Assembly (NCBI RefSeq): GCF_006345805.1
Contig: NC_043008.1
Coordinates: 18,786,001 to 18,850,000 of the forward strand
DNA from: Octopus sinensis
Lineage: Eukaryota
Direction of reading: 5' to 3'
DNA: 64,000 bases
Shown: positions 38,558 to 51,639 of the stretch, piece by piece
Numbering within the stretch: position 1 is the first letter of the stretch
Layout of the letters: each line of letters starts with the position of its first letter
The notes under the pieces: generated by a model
Databases searched by the model: none
Told to the model about the DNA's origin: nothing
Seen by the model: the letters and a program-made list of their open reading frames with translations, nothing else
Translations under genes and position numbers: made by a program

Positions 38558-38609
<52 letters not shown>

Positions 38610-38611
<2 letters not shown>

Positions 38612-38756
38612 CTTGCCTACCAACCACATGGGGTTCCGGGTTCAGTCCCACTGCGTGGCATCTTGGGCAAGTGTCTTCTGCTATAGCCCCGGGCCGACCA
38701 AAGCCTTGTGAGTAGATTTGGTAGACGGAAACTGAAAGAAACATGTCGTATATATG

Positions 38757-38789
<33 letters not shown>

Positions 38790-39010
38790 TTGTGTGTCTG
38801 TGTTTGTCCCCCTAGCATTGCTTGGCAACCGATGCTGGTGTGTTTACGTCCCTGTCACTTAGTGGTTCGGCAAAAGAGACCGATAGAATAAGTACTGGGC
38901 TTACAAAGAATAAGTCCCGGGGTCGAGTTGCTCGATTAAAGGCGGTGCTCCAGCATGGCCGCAGTCAACTGACTGAAACAAGTAAAGAGTAAAGAGTAAA
39001 GAGTAAGAGT
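38610..39010 (+). mobile_element. SINE family B, young, first bases missing
   Basis: Near consensus; tail (GAGTAAA)n. Confidence 0.9.
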
Positions 39011-39499
39011 ATATAACTATACATAATGCATACGCTTTATTTTCACACTCATATACACATACATATATTCATTCCCACGCACACTTACTACTACACTCCC
39101 ATTTTCAGTTTACGTCACGTCCACCAATTGCAAGAATCAATGTAATCTGGGAAATTGGTTATAACATCTTTAATGGTCTACATCTGCAAAAGACAATGAA
39201 AGAAACAAATACACACACATACACACACGTACAAATATATATATAAATATATATGTATATATGTATATACGTATGAGTGGTGAGGAGAAAACGTATCCTA
39301 TGTTTGGATCAGTAACATTGATCAACGATAAACGTTTTATGGGGATAAGCAGCATGCGATTAAATGAAAGAGGAGATAGCGCTGAAGACTGAGTTAATAG
39401 GGTCAATTGTCCGTCCGGTTATATACTCATTAATGGTAAATATCATGCGAACAGGTCCGTTGATCTCTCTGGAAATACATATGCATATGCGATTATTTC

Positions 39500-39820
39500 A
39501 CCGTCATCATCATCATCATCATCATCATCGTCGTCGTCATCATCATCATCGTTATCGTCGTCGTCGTCGTCGTCGTCATCATCATCATCACCATCATCAC
39601 CATCGTCATCATCGTCATCGTCATCACCATCATCACCATCATCATCATCATCATTATCATCATCATCACCATCACCATCATCATCATCATCATCATCATC
39701 ATGACCATCATCACCATCATTATCGTCATCATCATCGTCGTCGTCATCATCATCATCGTCGTCGTCGTCGTCGTCGTCATCCTCATCGTCGTCATCACCA
39801 TCATCATCATCATCACCGTC

Positions 39821-39870
<50 letters not shown>

Positions 39871-39900
39871 CGTCGTCATCACTATCATTATCATTATCAT
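39500..39900. repeat. degenerate (CAT/CGT/CAC)n repeat
   Basis: Direct reading. Confidence 0.95.
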
Positions 39901-40559
39901 CATCCTTATCATTGTTTTTGCTTTCATCGTGGTTGTTATTATCAACATCCCTCATCTTCGACGTTCTCCTCCGCTCTATGGTGTTCTCCACGGCCATCTC
40001 ATCGACATCCATAGCCTTCGACATTTTCATCATCATTATCATCAGCTTCGCCGATATCTTTATAGTGAACAATGTTAATGTGATTATATTGCAACTATTA
40101 AATAAACGAATGGAACGGATTATTTTTTTCGTGTTCTGTATTTATTATCATTTTTATATATTATTCTCTCGCTACAGCAGGGATACGTTATATTGAAGGA
40201 AAAGAAAATTAAGAACATACAAAACATCGCTATATCTTCATCAATCCAGGAAATTGATCTTTTATACGACAAAACTGTTTGATCAGATCTATACACCAAT
40301 GTCAGCTAATACGAGATATATTTCAGATAAATATCTTTTTACTTAGATGATTATACTAAATCCATGATTACAGGAGGGATAACACTATTAGCATTAATCG
40401 GTGTTCTTTACTTAAGTGTTCTTTTCTTTCCTTTCTTATACATATATATGTAAATATATAACGATAACATTATACATATGTGTATCTATATATGTATCTA
40501 TATGTATCTATATGTATCTACATATATATCAATATATATGCATACATATTTATAAGTAT

Positions 40560-40905
40560 ATATATATGTGAGAAAAACGCCCCCTCCCCCATCCAATGGA
40601 CGGTGCTGAGTTGTCAAACATTTAAACCAAATTTTCTCAAAACAACTTGTCCGACCGTCCCATAAGCCTCCCCTTTGAGAAACACTAAATTTGAGACACC
40701 TGCAAAAGAAGAAATAAAGACAGATTTCTTTCTATTCCCACGGCTTTATCTATCGCATTCTCACCTGGAATCGATTTTGTAATTTTTTCATGACTTATAC
40801 ACGCCCTGGTAACGTCGGTGTCTACATGACAAATTTGAGCGCAGTTGGATGGAGGATGCCCGAGATCCTAGAAGCCACACACACACACAGAACGGATTTT
40901 ATATA
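40560..40905 (-). mobile_element. probable non-autonomous Helitron 5' portion
   Basis: rc (TA)nAAAATCCGTTC(TG)n...CTCAAATTTG has the same start architecture as the other Helitrons; no 3' CTAG seen. Confidence 0.45.
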
Positions 40906-40928
40906 ATATATATATATATGTATATATA

Positions 40929-40973
<45 letters not shown>

Positions 40974-41096
40974 TTAATTTTAATAACATAGGGTAAAATC
41001 AGTAATAATTTTACCAGGGAGCCGGTACGGAAATAAAAACCTTTTAGGCAATTTTTACAAATCATTTTATAATTATATACATAATTATAACAAGGG

Positions 41097-41426
41097 GTCA
41101 GCTTTATGCTCCGCCATGTACTGATTAGAAATAGACACTAAAGTCTATTTTACTGCCATAAAATATCTCTAAGAAATAACACTCTTTTAACGTAGGCAAA
41201 AGAAAAACGTTGAATCAACAAAGCCGTGGATGAACATTATGCTGATGCGAAACAGTAATATATTTTACTTTAAGTTCGAAACGCCTTCATAATTGACCGG
41301 CTATGTTGATTCATAGTTTTGTCTTTTGCCTACATTAAAAGTGTGTCATTTCTCAGAGATTTTATGGCAGTAAAAAAGACTTTAGTATCTAATTCTAATC
41401 AATACGCGGCGAAGCATAAAGCTGAC
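41097..41426. mobile_element. 330-bp palindromic element (130-bp arms) with hammerhead-like spacer
   Basis: 41097-41226 is reverse-complementary to 41298-41426 (roughly 85 percent by eye). Confidence 0.85.
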
Positions 41427-41686
41427 ATATTTTTCATTTCCCATGTTAGAGACCTTGCATCTATAAAGAACGTCAGACATACATACTCTTCATTTTCCCA
41501 TAGATCTTGCATCTATAAAGCAGAGTTCAGAAAGAAAACAAAACAGATAAAGGTGTTGTAAAATCAGATGTATATGGCATAATTGAAAGTCTCAGGTTCA
41601 AGTATAACCAATACATATATCTATCCCGGTTTGAGGATCGAGAGAATTGCTTGTCCTAAATGCAATGTGTATGAACACTAAGTTAT

Positions 41687-42000
41687 GAAGGCGCGTGGCT
41701 TAGTGGTTAGGGCATTCGTCTCACGACCATAAGGTCGACAGTTCAATTCCTGGCGATGCGTTGTGTCTTTGAGCAAGGCACTTTTTTTCACGTGGCTCCA
41801 GTCCACTCAGCTGGCGAAAATGAGATGTACCTGTATTTCAAATAGCCAGCCTTGTCACACTCTGTGTCACGCTGGATCTCCCTGAAAACTGCGTTAAGGG
41901 TAGACGTGTCTGTGGAGTGCTCAACCAGTTGCACATTAAGGTCACGATCAGGCTGTTCCGTAGGTCGTATCAGCTGGGATCCTCCTCGTCGAATCCGACG
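41687..42000 (+). mobile_element. SINE family C
   Basis: A-box TGGCTTAGTGG, B-box AGTTCAATTCC, TGTGTCTTTGAGCAAGGCAC. Confidence 0.8.
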
Positions 42001-42749
42001 GAGTGCTCTTAAGATGAACATCAAAGTCATGACAGTTTTAAAAATCCTCTCAAAACTGTAATCATGGATAGCGATCATCTTATACTCTACTGCATCAAGA
42101 AGGGGCCACTTGTCATCATAGACACTCCCGATCCTGAATAGAAAAATAGAAAGTTTATTCGGCCTAACATCCAGCAACTTGTTGCTCCGTCGTCATAAGA
42201 TGCCATTTTATCTCGAGATACTTCAAATAAAATTTAGGTCGTTTTTCTTGTCATAAGACACACAAGACCAGTATTCCCCTACACTATATTATTAAGTCAC
42301 TATCAATTTGTCTTTATCAGTTATTAGTAATAATGCGCTCTTGGAATGCAACGCAGCTTCCTTGACTTGTGGAAATCTATTGACGTGGAGTTTTACTAGT
42401 TGTATGCTTTCGTTGTGCATCGCACAAAGAGAGTAACCTCTATGTAATTTTGGGAAATTAGACGTTGGTAGGATTCGAACTCACAAAATCAGTTCCATGG
42501 AACAGAGACCACGAGATTTTCTATCCAACCCTTGAATGTATTGGCCAATTCGTAAGTATATATGAATGTATTTATATTTCATGCATATATATATATATAG
42601 TTCTGTAAAATTTAGATTCAGTTGAATTTGGTACTTAAGTTAAAGGCACCAGGATTTAGTAGGGTATTATAATTCAAAATGGAGTGATTACAATCAAAAT
42701 AAGCAACAAGGATACTCGATATCCTTGTTGCTCATTTTGATATACTCTT

Positions 42750-43148
42750 TACACTTTTACTTGTTTCAGTCATTTGACTGCGGCCATGCTGGAGCACCGC
42801 CTTTAGTCGAGCAAATCGACCCCGGGACTTATTCTTTGTAAGCCCAGTACTTATTCTATCGGTCTCTTTTGCCGAACCGCTAAGTGACGGGGACCTAAAC
42901 ACACCAGCATCGGTTGTCAAGCAATGCTAAGGGGACAAACACAGACACACAAACATACACATACATATATATACATATACATATATACGACAGGCTTCTT
43001 TCAGTTTCCGTCTACCAAATCCACTCACAAGGCATTGGCCGGCCCGGGGCTATAGCAGAAGACACTTGCTCAAGATGCCACGCAGTAGGACTGAACCCGG
43101 AACCATGTGGTTGGTTAGCAAGCTACTTACCACACATCCACTCCTGCG
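42750..43148 (-). mobile_element. SINE family B, full length, young
   Basis: Complete head, internal microsatellite and tail. Confidence 0.92.
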
Positions 43149-43830
43149 TATATATACCATATACACACATGCTTATTTGTATGTGTGTATATATGTGAGT
43201 GTGTGTGCAAATATAGTGTATATGAATATATATGCATGTATATATACATATATACACTCACACGTAGCATAAATGCATGTGTGTGCATGTATGTACGTGT
43301 GTATGTCTGTGTCCAATGACAGCTGCTTTACAATCCAAAGTTACGACCACACGGTGTCATTCTTCTGTGATGTAATTATGCGAAAAGCCAGACACCAGCA
43401 CACAGTAATTAATAGTAGGAGCATCAGCAGACATCATTAGATTTCATTCTGCTTTACACTTTAAAAGATTTTACAGTTGTTCGGATATGTTTTTTCTTTC
43501 TTTCTTCTTTCGTTCAATGAACTCTGCTCTTAAGAACTAAGTCTGCTTTTCTGATTATTTCAACATATGTGATTGGAGTTATACGAATTAACATTGAAAA
43601 CTCCATTTTTATGAAGTACAGGATGTCTCTTAATTATGGGAGACATTTTAAACGCAAGTAGCTATGACTGGTACAAATATGGGCGAGTAACCACGACCAA
43701 GCAAAACTCTGTAACAAGCATGGGCGAGGACCCATTATCTTGAAAATTCCGAAACGTGCATGGACAAGTATGAGCAAGTACCCACATCTTCTAAAATTCA
43801 GGAAAGAGCACAGGTGAGTACCCATGTTCA

Positions 43831-44200
43831 TCTCTCTATATATAAACGGCAAAATATCTGTGTGTGTGTCATTTATACAAATCTACATTTTTCAGTTAGA
43901 GGGCTCGCACTTTCTATGGTCATTCAAAACCGTCCACGGGTGGTCGTGCACATCTTTACATTTCGCCAGTCACCCCGCAAAGCCATTAAAAAATCAATAG
44001 AAGTGACTTTTTGTGAATTTTCTATCCAAAACACAATCAAAAAAATTCTACCCAAAACCCAATCAAATGCCCGAAACTTGATACGCCAATTGAATGCCAG
44101 CTAGCTGTAAGTGATTGGTCGGAGATTTGGACAGTACTCGTGTGTATGTGCGCACGCATGCATTAGCACTATGACCCGCAACGCCGGGTCATAGTGCTAG
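43831..44200 (+). mobile_element. non-autonomous Helitron
   Basis: A|TCTCTCTATATATAAAC ... hairpin ... GTGCTAG|T. Confidence 0.85.
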
Positions 44201-45029
44201 TATTAAATATTTTCCATCATTATGAGACAACCATTAAAACACAGACAGGACCTCTCCATGGCAAAAGCCCATTACATCATATTAAGAGAATATATTTCAA
44301 ATTCACAGTACTAGTTCGTACTTTTTCTCGTTTCTTTTTATTTACAGTATTATTCAGAGCCCATGTCGATTGTAGACATCACGGAACTTTGAGATTAACG
44401 CCGATGTTATTTCTATCGGACAGCTGCTAGTCAGCTACTGTAGGAAAAAAAACCGAGAGCAAACAGGAGGTTTCAATGATTCTATACCCGAGAGGAAAAG
44501 TTTGGTGTGATGCTAATTGAAAGTGTTCGTAGTAACGCAGTGTGAGGTAAGTGTAGCGAGTGGGCTTTGACGTTGGAGATTTGCATATAGCTTCTCCTCA
44601 AGAATAGAGGACACTAGTATTGCTCTGAAAGGGGCAAAATGAAAGCACAGATTGCTTTAGCTACAGTTCGGAGTGAGGTTTGGTACGGAAGTACTTAGTA
44701 ATTTGTTAGGTGGTTTTCTTTTGGTTAACAACCTCTCGTACACTTTCACTTGTAACAGCAAAGCTGTCTCAAACTGAAAGAAGCATCCGAAAATTAGTCA
44801 AATATAAAAAATGTAAATACTAATATAACCACGATTCCTTCCAGGTAAGGCTTTAAACACTTTGTATTTTAATTGTGGGTTTGGCTTCGGCTGTGTTCTG
44901 TTATTAAAAACGAAGCATTTTGATACGCAGTTTTGCTATGTTATCAAAGTGAGGTTGCCAGGACAGATCACGAGTAACTGTGCCGTATAGGATTCGTAGT
45001 TTGGTTATATTTCTCTTTAAAATATTGAC

Positions 45030-45390
45030 TTCGAATTCTGGCAGAAGGCAAGTATCTTCGGGGAAGAGGGCCAGTCGATTACATTGACACCAGTGTACAA
45101 CTGGTACTTATTTCATCAACTCCGATAGAATGAAAGACAAAGTCGACTTCGATGAAATTTGAACTCAGAACTTGAAACGGACGAAAATGTCGCTAAGCAT
45201 TTTCTGTTAAAGACTCCGCCAGCTCGCCGCCTCGCTTCTCTTTAATTGATTACAAATTTTATTGATTATAACTTTTGACACAAGGCCAGCAATTTCGGAG
45301 AAATAGTTAAGTTGCTTACATCGATCCGACTGCTCAATTGGTACTTAATCGACCCCGATAAAATGAAAGGTAAAGATGACCTTTGTCAGG
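45030..45390 (-). mobile_element. two old SINE family A-like copies (45030-45232; 45270-45390 truncated)
   Basis: CCAGCTCGCCGCC head; AACTGGTACTTA cores. Confidence 0.7.
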
Positions 45391-45409
45391 CAGCAAATCA
45401 ACAAATACG

Positions 45410-45715
45410 CTGGCAGATAGAAAACACTACTTGCGCAAGTAAAAAGATGAAAGCTTGCTTGATATGGGCATTTATCCCGCCACAGCCCGTTGCCCATAAC
45501 CATTCTGCAGAGCACAGTTGAGTGGTGGCAAAAGTGTAACAGCCAGAGAAACTCCTGGTTTGACAACATCAAGGACTGGACAGGTCACAACACAGCGACC
45601 CTGCTATGGTTGGCAGAGACCAGAGACTAATGGCTGCGGCTGACTACGAAAGCACCTAAAGGGATATCCCAACGCCGAACTGCATCAGTTCAGGGATCTT
45701 GACGATGATGTACAT
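45410..45715 (+). pseudogene. RTE-clade LINE 3' end
   Basis: VKR*KLA*YGHLSRHSPLPITILQSTVE...QRNSWFDNIKDWTG, then (GAT)n tail. Confidence 0.8.
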
Positions 45716-47496
45716 ATACAAGCTGCAACATAAATACTGGTAACAGGAAGCAAGTCCTTGGTTACCAATCCCTTACGTTATACAATGCATCTAACACACA
45801 ACAAGCCATTTGGATTCCTTTACGTCGATAACATTTATAGGGAAATATTTGGGAAATATCTCAACTCTATATTCTACCATTACTTCGTCGTCTCTTTTAA
45901 TCGCATATTCGTGTGGAATATTTAACCGCAATTTAGTGATCAATATTTCGACAAGTATGCTAACGAAGTCTAATATGATTAACATATGCTCGAAATTGTC
46001 TCCCTAGATTGTCAAACTGAATTTAATTAGTATGTATAAGTACTTCTAATTAGAATACTGATGTACAATACATTATTTAGGTTAGCATTTATACCAGAGG
46101 TTTCTCTAAGACGCCATCAACAGTGAAATAATAGTGAAGTTATGGTCGTCATACTTAGAAAGAGAGGAGAATTAATTTAATTGATAGTACTTCTGAAGTG
46201 AAAACAATAAGCTCAACGACTAATATATTTTTTCATGTATGGGCGATAACTCCAGGCCTGTTTTGGTCTTATTACACTTCTCAGTCAACCACAGCCTTGT
46301 CTGAAAATGCCTGATTAGTGCCAAAAGAATCACTAAATTTATATATAAATTTAAATACAATAATATATAAGAGTGGGCATCAGAGATTATTATGAATGAT
46401 GGGAGTAACAAAAACTTTACTTTAGAAGCCCTGGCTCGCAGCAATAAAAGAAATTCCACATAACAGAATTGAAGTGTTGCAGGAAGAGACATAAATACAA
46501 TTCGTATTTCATTAAATAAATGCGATTGGCTTTACGAAAATGTTTGATGTGCTCAACTTTGATTACTGACGACATTTGGTGACACAGACGAAGACTAGGA
46601 ATTCTTTTCAAAAGAAAAATACAATTTCATGTACTTGATCTCACGGCAATCCGAAATTATAGAAAATAGACTTCAGAAACGAACAATTATATAATGAGAT
46701 CTAAAACCTTAACTAAGATGTTTTTCTATTATTTTATTTTATATCATTCTATTTTATTCCATTTAATTATGCTTTAAAAAGAAAGAAAATTCCTTGTCTA
46801 ACTGTATCAAAAAAATTTGTAACATTTTACAATTGAATTGATATAAATTAGTATCATATTGGTAAGATGAAAAAAGACAAAAAAAAATATTAACATAAAC
46901 ACACTTTCTCCGATTCCATTCTGCTAATACGTAATTGATTATTCTCTCTCCTTAACAAAAGCTTCTTTGAAATGAGAAATGAGACACGTGGACAATATTC
47001 AGCTGGGGTCAAGCACATATTGACACATCTTTATTATAGGCAATTTGCAGGGAAATCGAAAAATTCTATCAGGGATGATGGCGACTTAGTTATTCCATAC
47101 AATATCTCTCTTTTATAAAATCTGCCACTAAACAATGGCGTTTCTTAATCGACATTATTATAAAGTTACAACTGCCATCGAAAATCATAGGCTTATAATC
47201 TGCAATTTATGTCTACACCATATGCAAGAGATAAAAATTAGCGGTACGGTTTCGATTCGCACTTAGAGCAATTTCATTTCGATTAGACATCTAATTAGAC
47301 ATCTTAAGAAATAATAAGTTTTACAAATCATTATTTACTTCTTTCTTAGATGGCAATTATTCCCTGGCAATTTTGAGTTGAATCATAAATATAAAATTAT
47401 CATATAGAGAGAGAAATTCCTCAAGTCTTTTAAAAGGTTATGTGGTAAATAATGTAAAACAGATAAACAGACAGTTAGATATACAGATAGATGAAT

Positions 47497-47531
<35 letters not shown>

Positions 47532-47554
47532 TACAGACAGACAGACAGACAAAC

Positions 47555-47621
<67 letters not shown>

Positions 47622-47955
47622 AGTGACATTTATTCTGTCCATAACTTTCACTTCTTTTAAGCAGCTAATATTCCTGAGAGTGTAACCTCATGCATTGCAC
47701 TTGTTCTGTTACAAGAGGATAATGCATGATCTTCCTCAAATCACAAACGTTTTAAAAAGACAGAATACATTAGATTATGTATCATTGGAACATCATTGGA
47801 TCAGCAAAATAACAGAAGGAATGATAAGCGCATTTGATCATAGAATTGTTCTATGAAATCTGACTGGAGTAAGTACAACGCAACTCACCGCTTTGCTCAT
47901 ATATATGCGTATGTGTGTGTATGTGTGTCTCTCTCTCAATATATATATATATATA

Positions 47956-47990
47956 GTGAAAAGCCCTGGGTTCGATCCCCGGCATCTCCA
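47956..47990 (+). pseudogene. 3' half of a tRNA-Ala-like sequence
   Basis: GTGAAAAGCCCTGGGTTCGATCCCCGGCATCTCCA matches the eukaryotic tRNA-Ala T-arm and acceptor strand; 5' half absent. Confidence 0.65.
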
Positions 47991-48007
47991 TAACATCTTT
48001 TTACAGG

Positions 48008-48390
48008 CACAAGCGTGGCTGTGTGGTAAGGAGCTTGCTTCCCAACCACATGGTTCCGGGTTCTACCATAGCCTCGTGCAAACCAAAGCCTTGTGAGTGG
48101 ATTTGGTTGACAGAAACTGAAAGAAACTCGTCGAATATATATGCGCGCGCGCGTGTGTGTGTGTTTTTGTGTCTGTGTTTGTCCCCCCGCCACCGTTACC
48201 GTTTGACAACCGCTGTTGGTGTGTTTACGTCTCCGTAAGCAAACGGTTCAGCAAAAGCGGCTGTTAGAATAAGTACTAGGCTTACAAACAAAAGTCCTGA
48301 GGTCGATTTGTTCGACTAAAGAATTCAAAGTACAGCTCCATCATGGCCGTAGTCAAATAACTGAAACAAGTAAAAGTAAAAGTAAAAGAA
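48008..48390 (+). mobile_element. SINE family B
   Basis: Head, internal repeat and tail present. Confidence 0.85.
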
Positions 48391-48402
48391 TATATATATA
48401 TA

Positions 48403-48798
48403 CTAGCAGTATCGCCCGGCGTTGCTCGGGTTTGTAAGGGAAATAACTATATAAGCATTTTTAGAGTTATAGTCAAAAAATAGCAAAAGACTGCATTAAA
48501 AATGGAAAAAAAATTAAGGTAAATTTTTTTTTAAATCGTTGACACATCGTAGATATTTTTAGAGAGTTACTTCCCTTATATAAAAGCGAAAAAAATGCAT
48601 ACAAATGGAAACAAATTATGGTAATTTTTTTTTAAATCATAGACTCATCGTAGACGCGCGCTAATACCCAGAAAGGCTCGATATGAATCACGACTATAAG
48701 ATACCCGGTTTTGGTTAAACTGCACCGCAAAATGTGGGAGTAGTTAGGAATCTAAATCGTAGGAGACAGACACACAACTTGACTTTTATATATAAAGA
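48403..48798 (-). mobile_element. non-autonomous Helitron with internal tandem duplication of about 95 bp
   Basis: rc A|TCTTTATATATAAAAG ... CCCGAGCAACGCCGGGCGATACTGCTAG|T. Confidence 0.88.
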
Positions 48799-49582
48799 TA
48801 TTAAATCATGTAAGGCACATTACTTAATATTTAAGATCTTTGGCTCACAATGAGAAGGTCACGAGTTCTATCCTCAGACCAGACGAGCTTTGCGTTTTAT
48901 TGGACACCAACAGCTTGTACACCCAGATTCTCCCTCCTACTGTCACATGATGCTCGATTTTCCATGAGGCTAAGGGTTCGGAGGGCCGTGAAATCTATGA
49001 CTACTTTGGTGTACCGAAGGAGCTGAAATATTTAGCGGAAGCACAGTACATGTTAACCAAACCATAGTCGAATACAAGCTACAAATATAAATATTTTGCA
49101 AAAAGTGGCTTATTTTTATCGCTGACACTGTTGAATCCATAAAAGAAATGCATCGTAATTCAATTGATATGTATGAACGGATAACATTAAATTTATCAGT
49201 AATAGTCAAATTTGCTCTTTATATTATGCTTCTTGATAAATTCTATAATCCCTGAACTTCAAAGATTACTGTTTTGTTTTTTTCCTGAAGTTTCATTTTT
49301 TAAAGGAATAAACTGCCTGATATCAAATGGTAGCAAATTAAAAAAGAAAACGTTCTTTCAGTTCATTCGTACTAATTCCTCTATGTGGTGAATTTTATAC
49401 TTCGCTGTTAATGTTTAATCAGACCTAAACATGCCCGAGGTTACATTCTAAACTTCACTAAATAAATTAAATAATGCTTCAATTATGGAACCATAGAATA
49501 GGAAAAGGACACGAAATGTTCACATATACACATACACACACACACACACAAACACACATATATATATATATATATTATATAT

Positions 49583-49647
<65 letters not shown>

Positions 49648-49658
49648 CATACACACAC

Positions 49659-49692
<34 letters not shown>

Positions 49693-49751
49693 TTCGTTTT
49701 GGGATTTGGTTTGCAAGATTCTTTATATGAGTTCGTGTGTTGAAGCATATT

Positions 49752-49946
49752 CTGTTGTGTGTGGGGAGAGCCATTTTTTTGTGCCTTATTACGTAACACA
49801 CTCACCGGTAAAAAAAATACTATTGAAAAGGTTGCAAGACGCAACGAACATTTTAGGACAATAAAAATAAGAAATAAGTGGAATTTTTACCGCTGAGTGT
49901 GTTACATAATAAGGCACAAGAAAATGACTCTCTCCAGACACAACAG
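49752..49946. mobile_element. MITE with about 63-bp TIRs
   Basis: CTGTTGTGTGTGGGGAGAGCCATTTT...CACTCACCGGTAAAAA mirrored at 49884-49946; TA on right flank. Confidence 0.8.
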
Positions 49947-49981
49947 TATGTACATATATATATATATATATATATAAATGC

Positions 49982-50070
49982 ATAGGAGTGGCTGTGTGGT
50001 AAGAAGCTTGTTTCCCAACCACATGGTTCCGGGTTCAGCCCCGCCTTGGGAAAGTGTCTTCTACTATAGT
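49982..50070 (+). mobile_element. SINE family B head only
   Basis: GGAGTGGCTGTGTGGTAAGAAGCTTG. Confidence 0.75.
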
Positions 50071-51639
50071 TTATCTGAAATACTCGATGATCTAAGAACC
50101 GACGTATTCATTTCCATCACCTATTATTTGTAACCGTCATAATGTACCGTAGGCTATAGTGTATCATTCAAAATTCCTATGTAAGCTGGTAAGATTTCGT
50201 TTGCAGTAGATATGAGTGCTATTTCAAGCAAGGCGCCAGACCACATGAAGTCACAAAATTTGGCGCACCACTGAGAGTATGGGTTGATACAGTGAACTCA
50301 TTACCTCCTAAAGCGACGACAGTCAATGAGGCGGGGATTATATCGTCACTCGACCTACTCGAAATAGCAACTAAATGTCACTACCTACAGTTTTAGATAT
50401 ATGAGGTTCACATTCAATAAGGTAGCCCTTCGTATATATATGAGGCGAGGGTATTATTTGAACACTTCTGATTACATTTCTACGAGATAAAAGCACGCGT
50501 GGAATAAAATAACAAGAAATAAAAACCAGAATATCTCAAGCTAGAAGAATCTCAAAAACCCATATATTAAATCAGTATTGAATTGCATAGAAGAATTCTA
50601 TGCATTCTAAATGAAACGATATCTTCCATATCCGCTCGACATGCTAAAAACCACACCTCCTCGCAGTAAAAAGAAGCGAAGGACATTGTATAATATAATC
50701 TATGAAATACTAACTGACAAAATATGACGGGAAGGGTACGCCTGGAACGTTTTTCTTCATAGGTGTAATTGCGCTCTGTGAGGGCTCCCCTCTGGGCGAA
50801 ACAACTGAAGCAGTAACAATAAAAATTTCTGTATTTCTTCAGATGAGAAAATGTACTTTAAGTATCAACCAGAAGATTCTGGTAACATTTTCCCATCTTC
50901 AGTATTTGTGAACAACAGACGTGAATTTTGTAAAAATGAAAAAAAAAAAGAAAAGTAACAAAGTGCCTGAAGCCAAGCCGCAACCGCAGGCGCGGACTAG
51001 ATTCAATGTAACATAAAGAAGAAAATCTGGATAAACACACAAAATCTCGATTATGTAAGGATTGGCTTGAAATATATATAACTTCAAAAAATATGAATTG
51101 CCTTTAGGATATATTTCATGGAAACAATTCCAACTCGAAATATATCTGTATGTGTGCGCGTGTGTGTATTTCTATGCTTATGTGTATGTGTGTATGAATT
51201 TGTCTATGTGTACGTATGTGCATATGTATGTATGGTATGTATGTATATGTGTTTGTGCATGCATGTGTGTATTTATATCTGTGAGTGTTTATGTCTGTCT
51301 ATTAACCTTCGTTTTTTTAGTTGTTCTTTACTAAGGAAAACTAGGCAGACATAGATATAGCGTCTTAGACACATAATTACATTGATACAGATATATATTA
51401 CACGTATATGTTCTGATAGAGCTGTTGGCATTAAAAAATAAAATTGTTACATCCAGGATTAAAGAAAAAAAGAATGGCAAAAATGATTATCAAATTATTC
51501 ACACAAATTTGAGAGTGAAATTTTATTTCAATAAACTGTACTTGTAATTTTAAGAAATGTTTTTCAAAGTTAACCTACAATGTGTTATATATGTCTATAA
51601 AAAATAGTATCAAATGCATTCTAGTCTAAAATCATATTA

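Noticed and set aside
42090-42133. Minus-strand exon candidate after strong acceptor CTTTCTATTTTTCTATTCAG
   Set aside because: No good donor, no recognisable peptide and no partner exons found.
42450-42530. tRNA-like 3' end on the minus strand (GAGTTCGAATCCTACCAACGTC)
   Set aside because: No cloverleaf or A-box; at most a decayed relic.
43660-43812. Plus-strand open frame ending at donor CAG|GTGAGT
   Set aside because: Peptide not recognisable and no clear acceptor.
50775-50815. CTGTGAG...GAAAC hammerhead-like string
   Set aside because: Core spacing is wrong and no helix I or III is visible.
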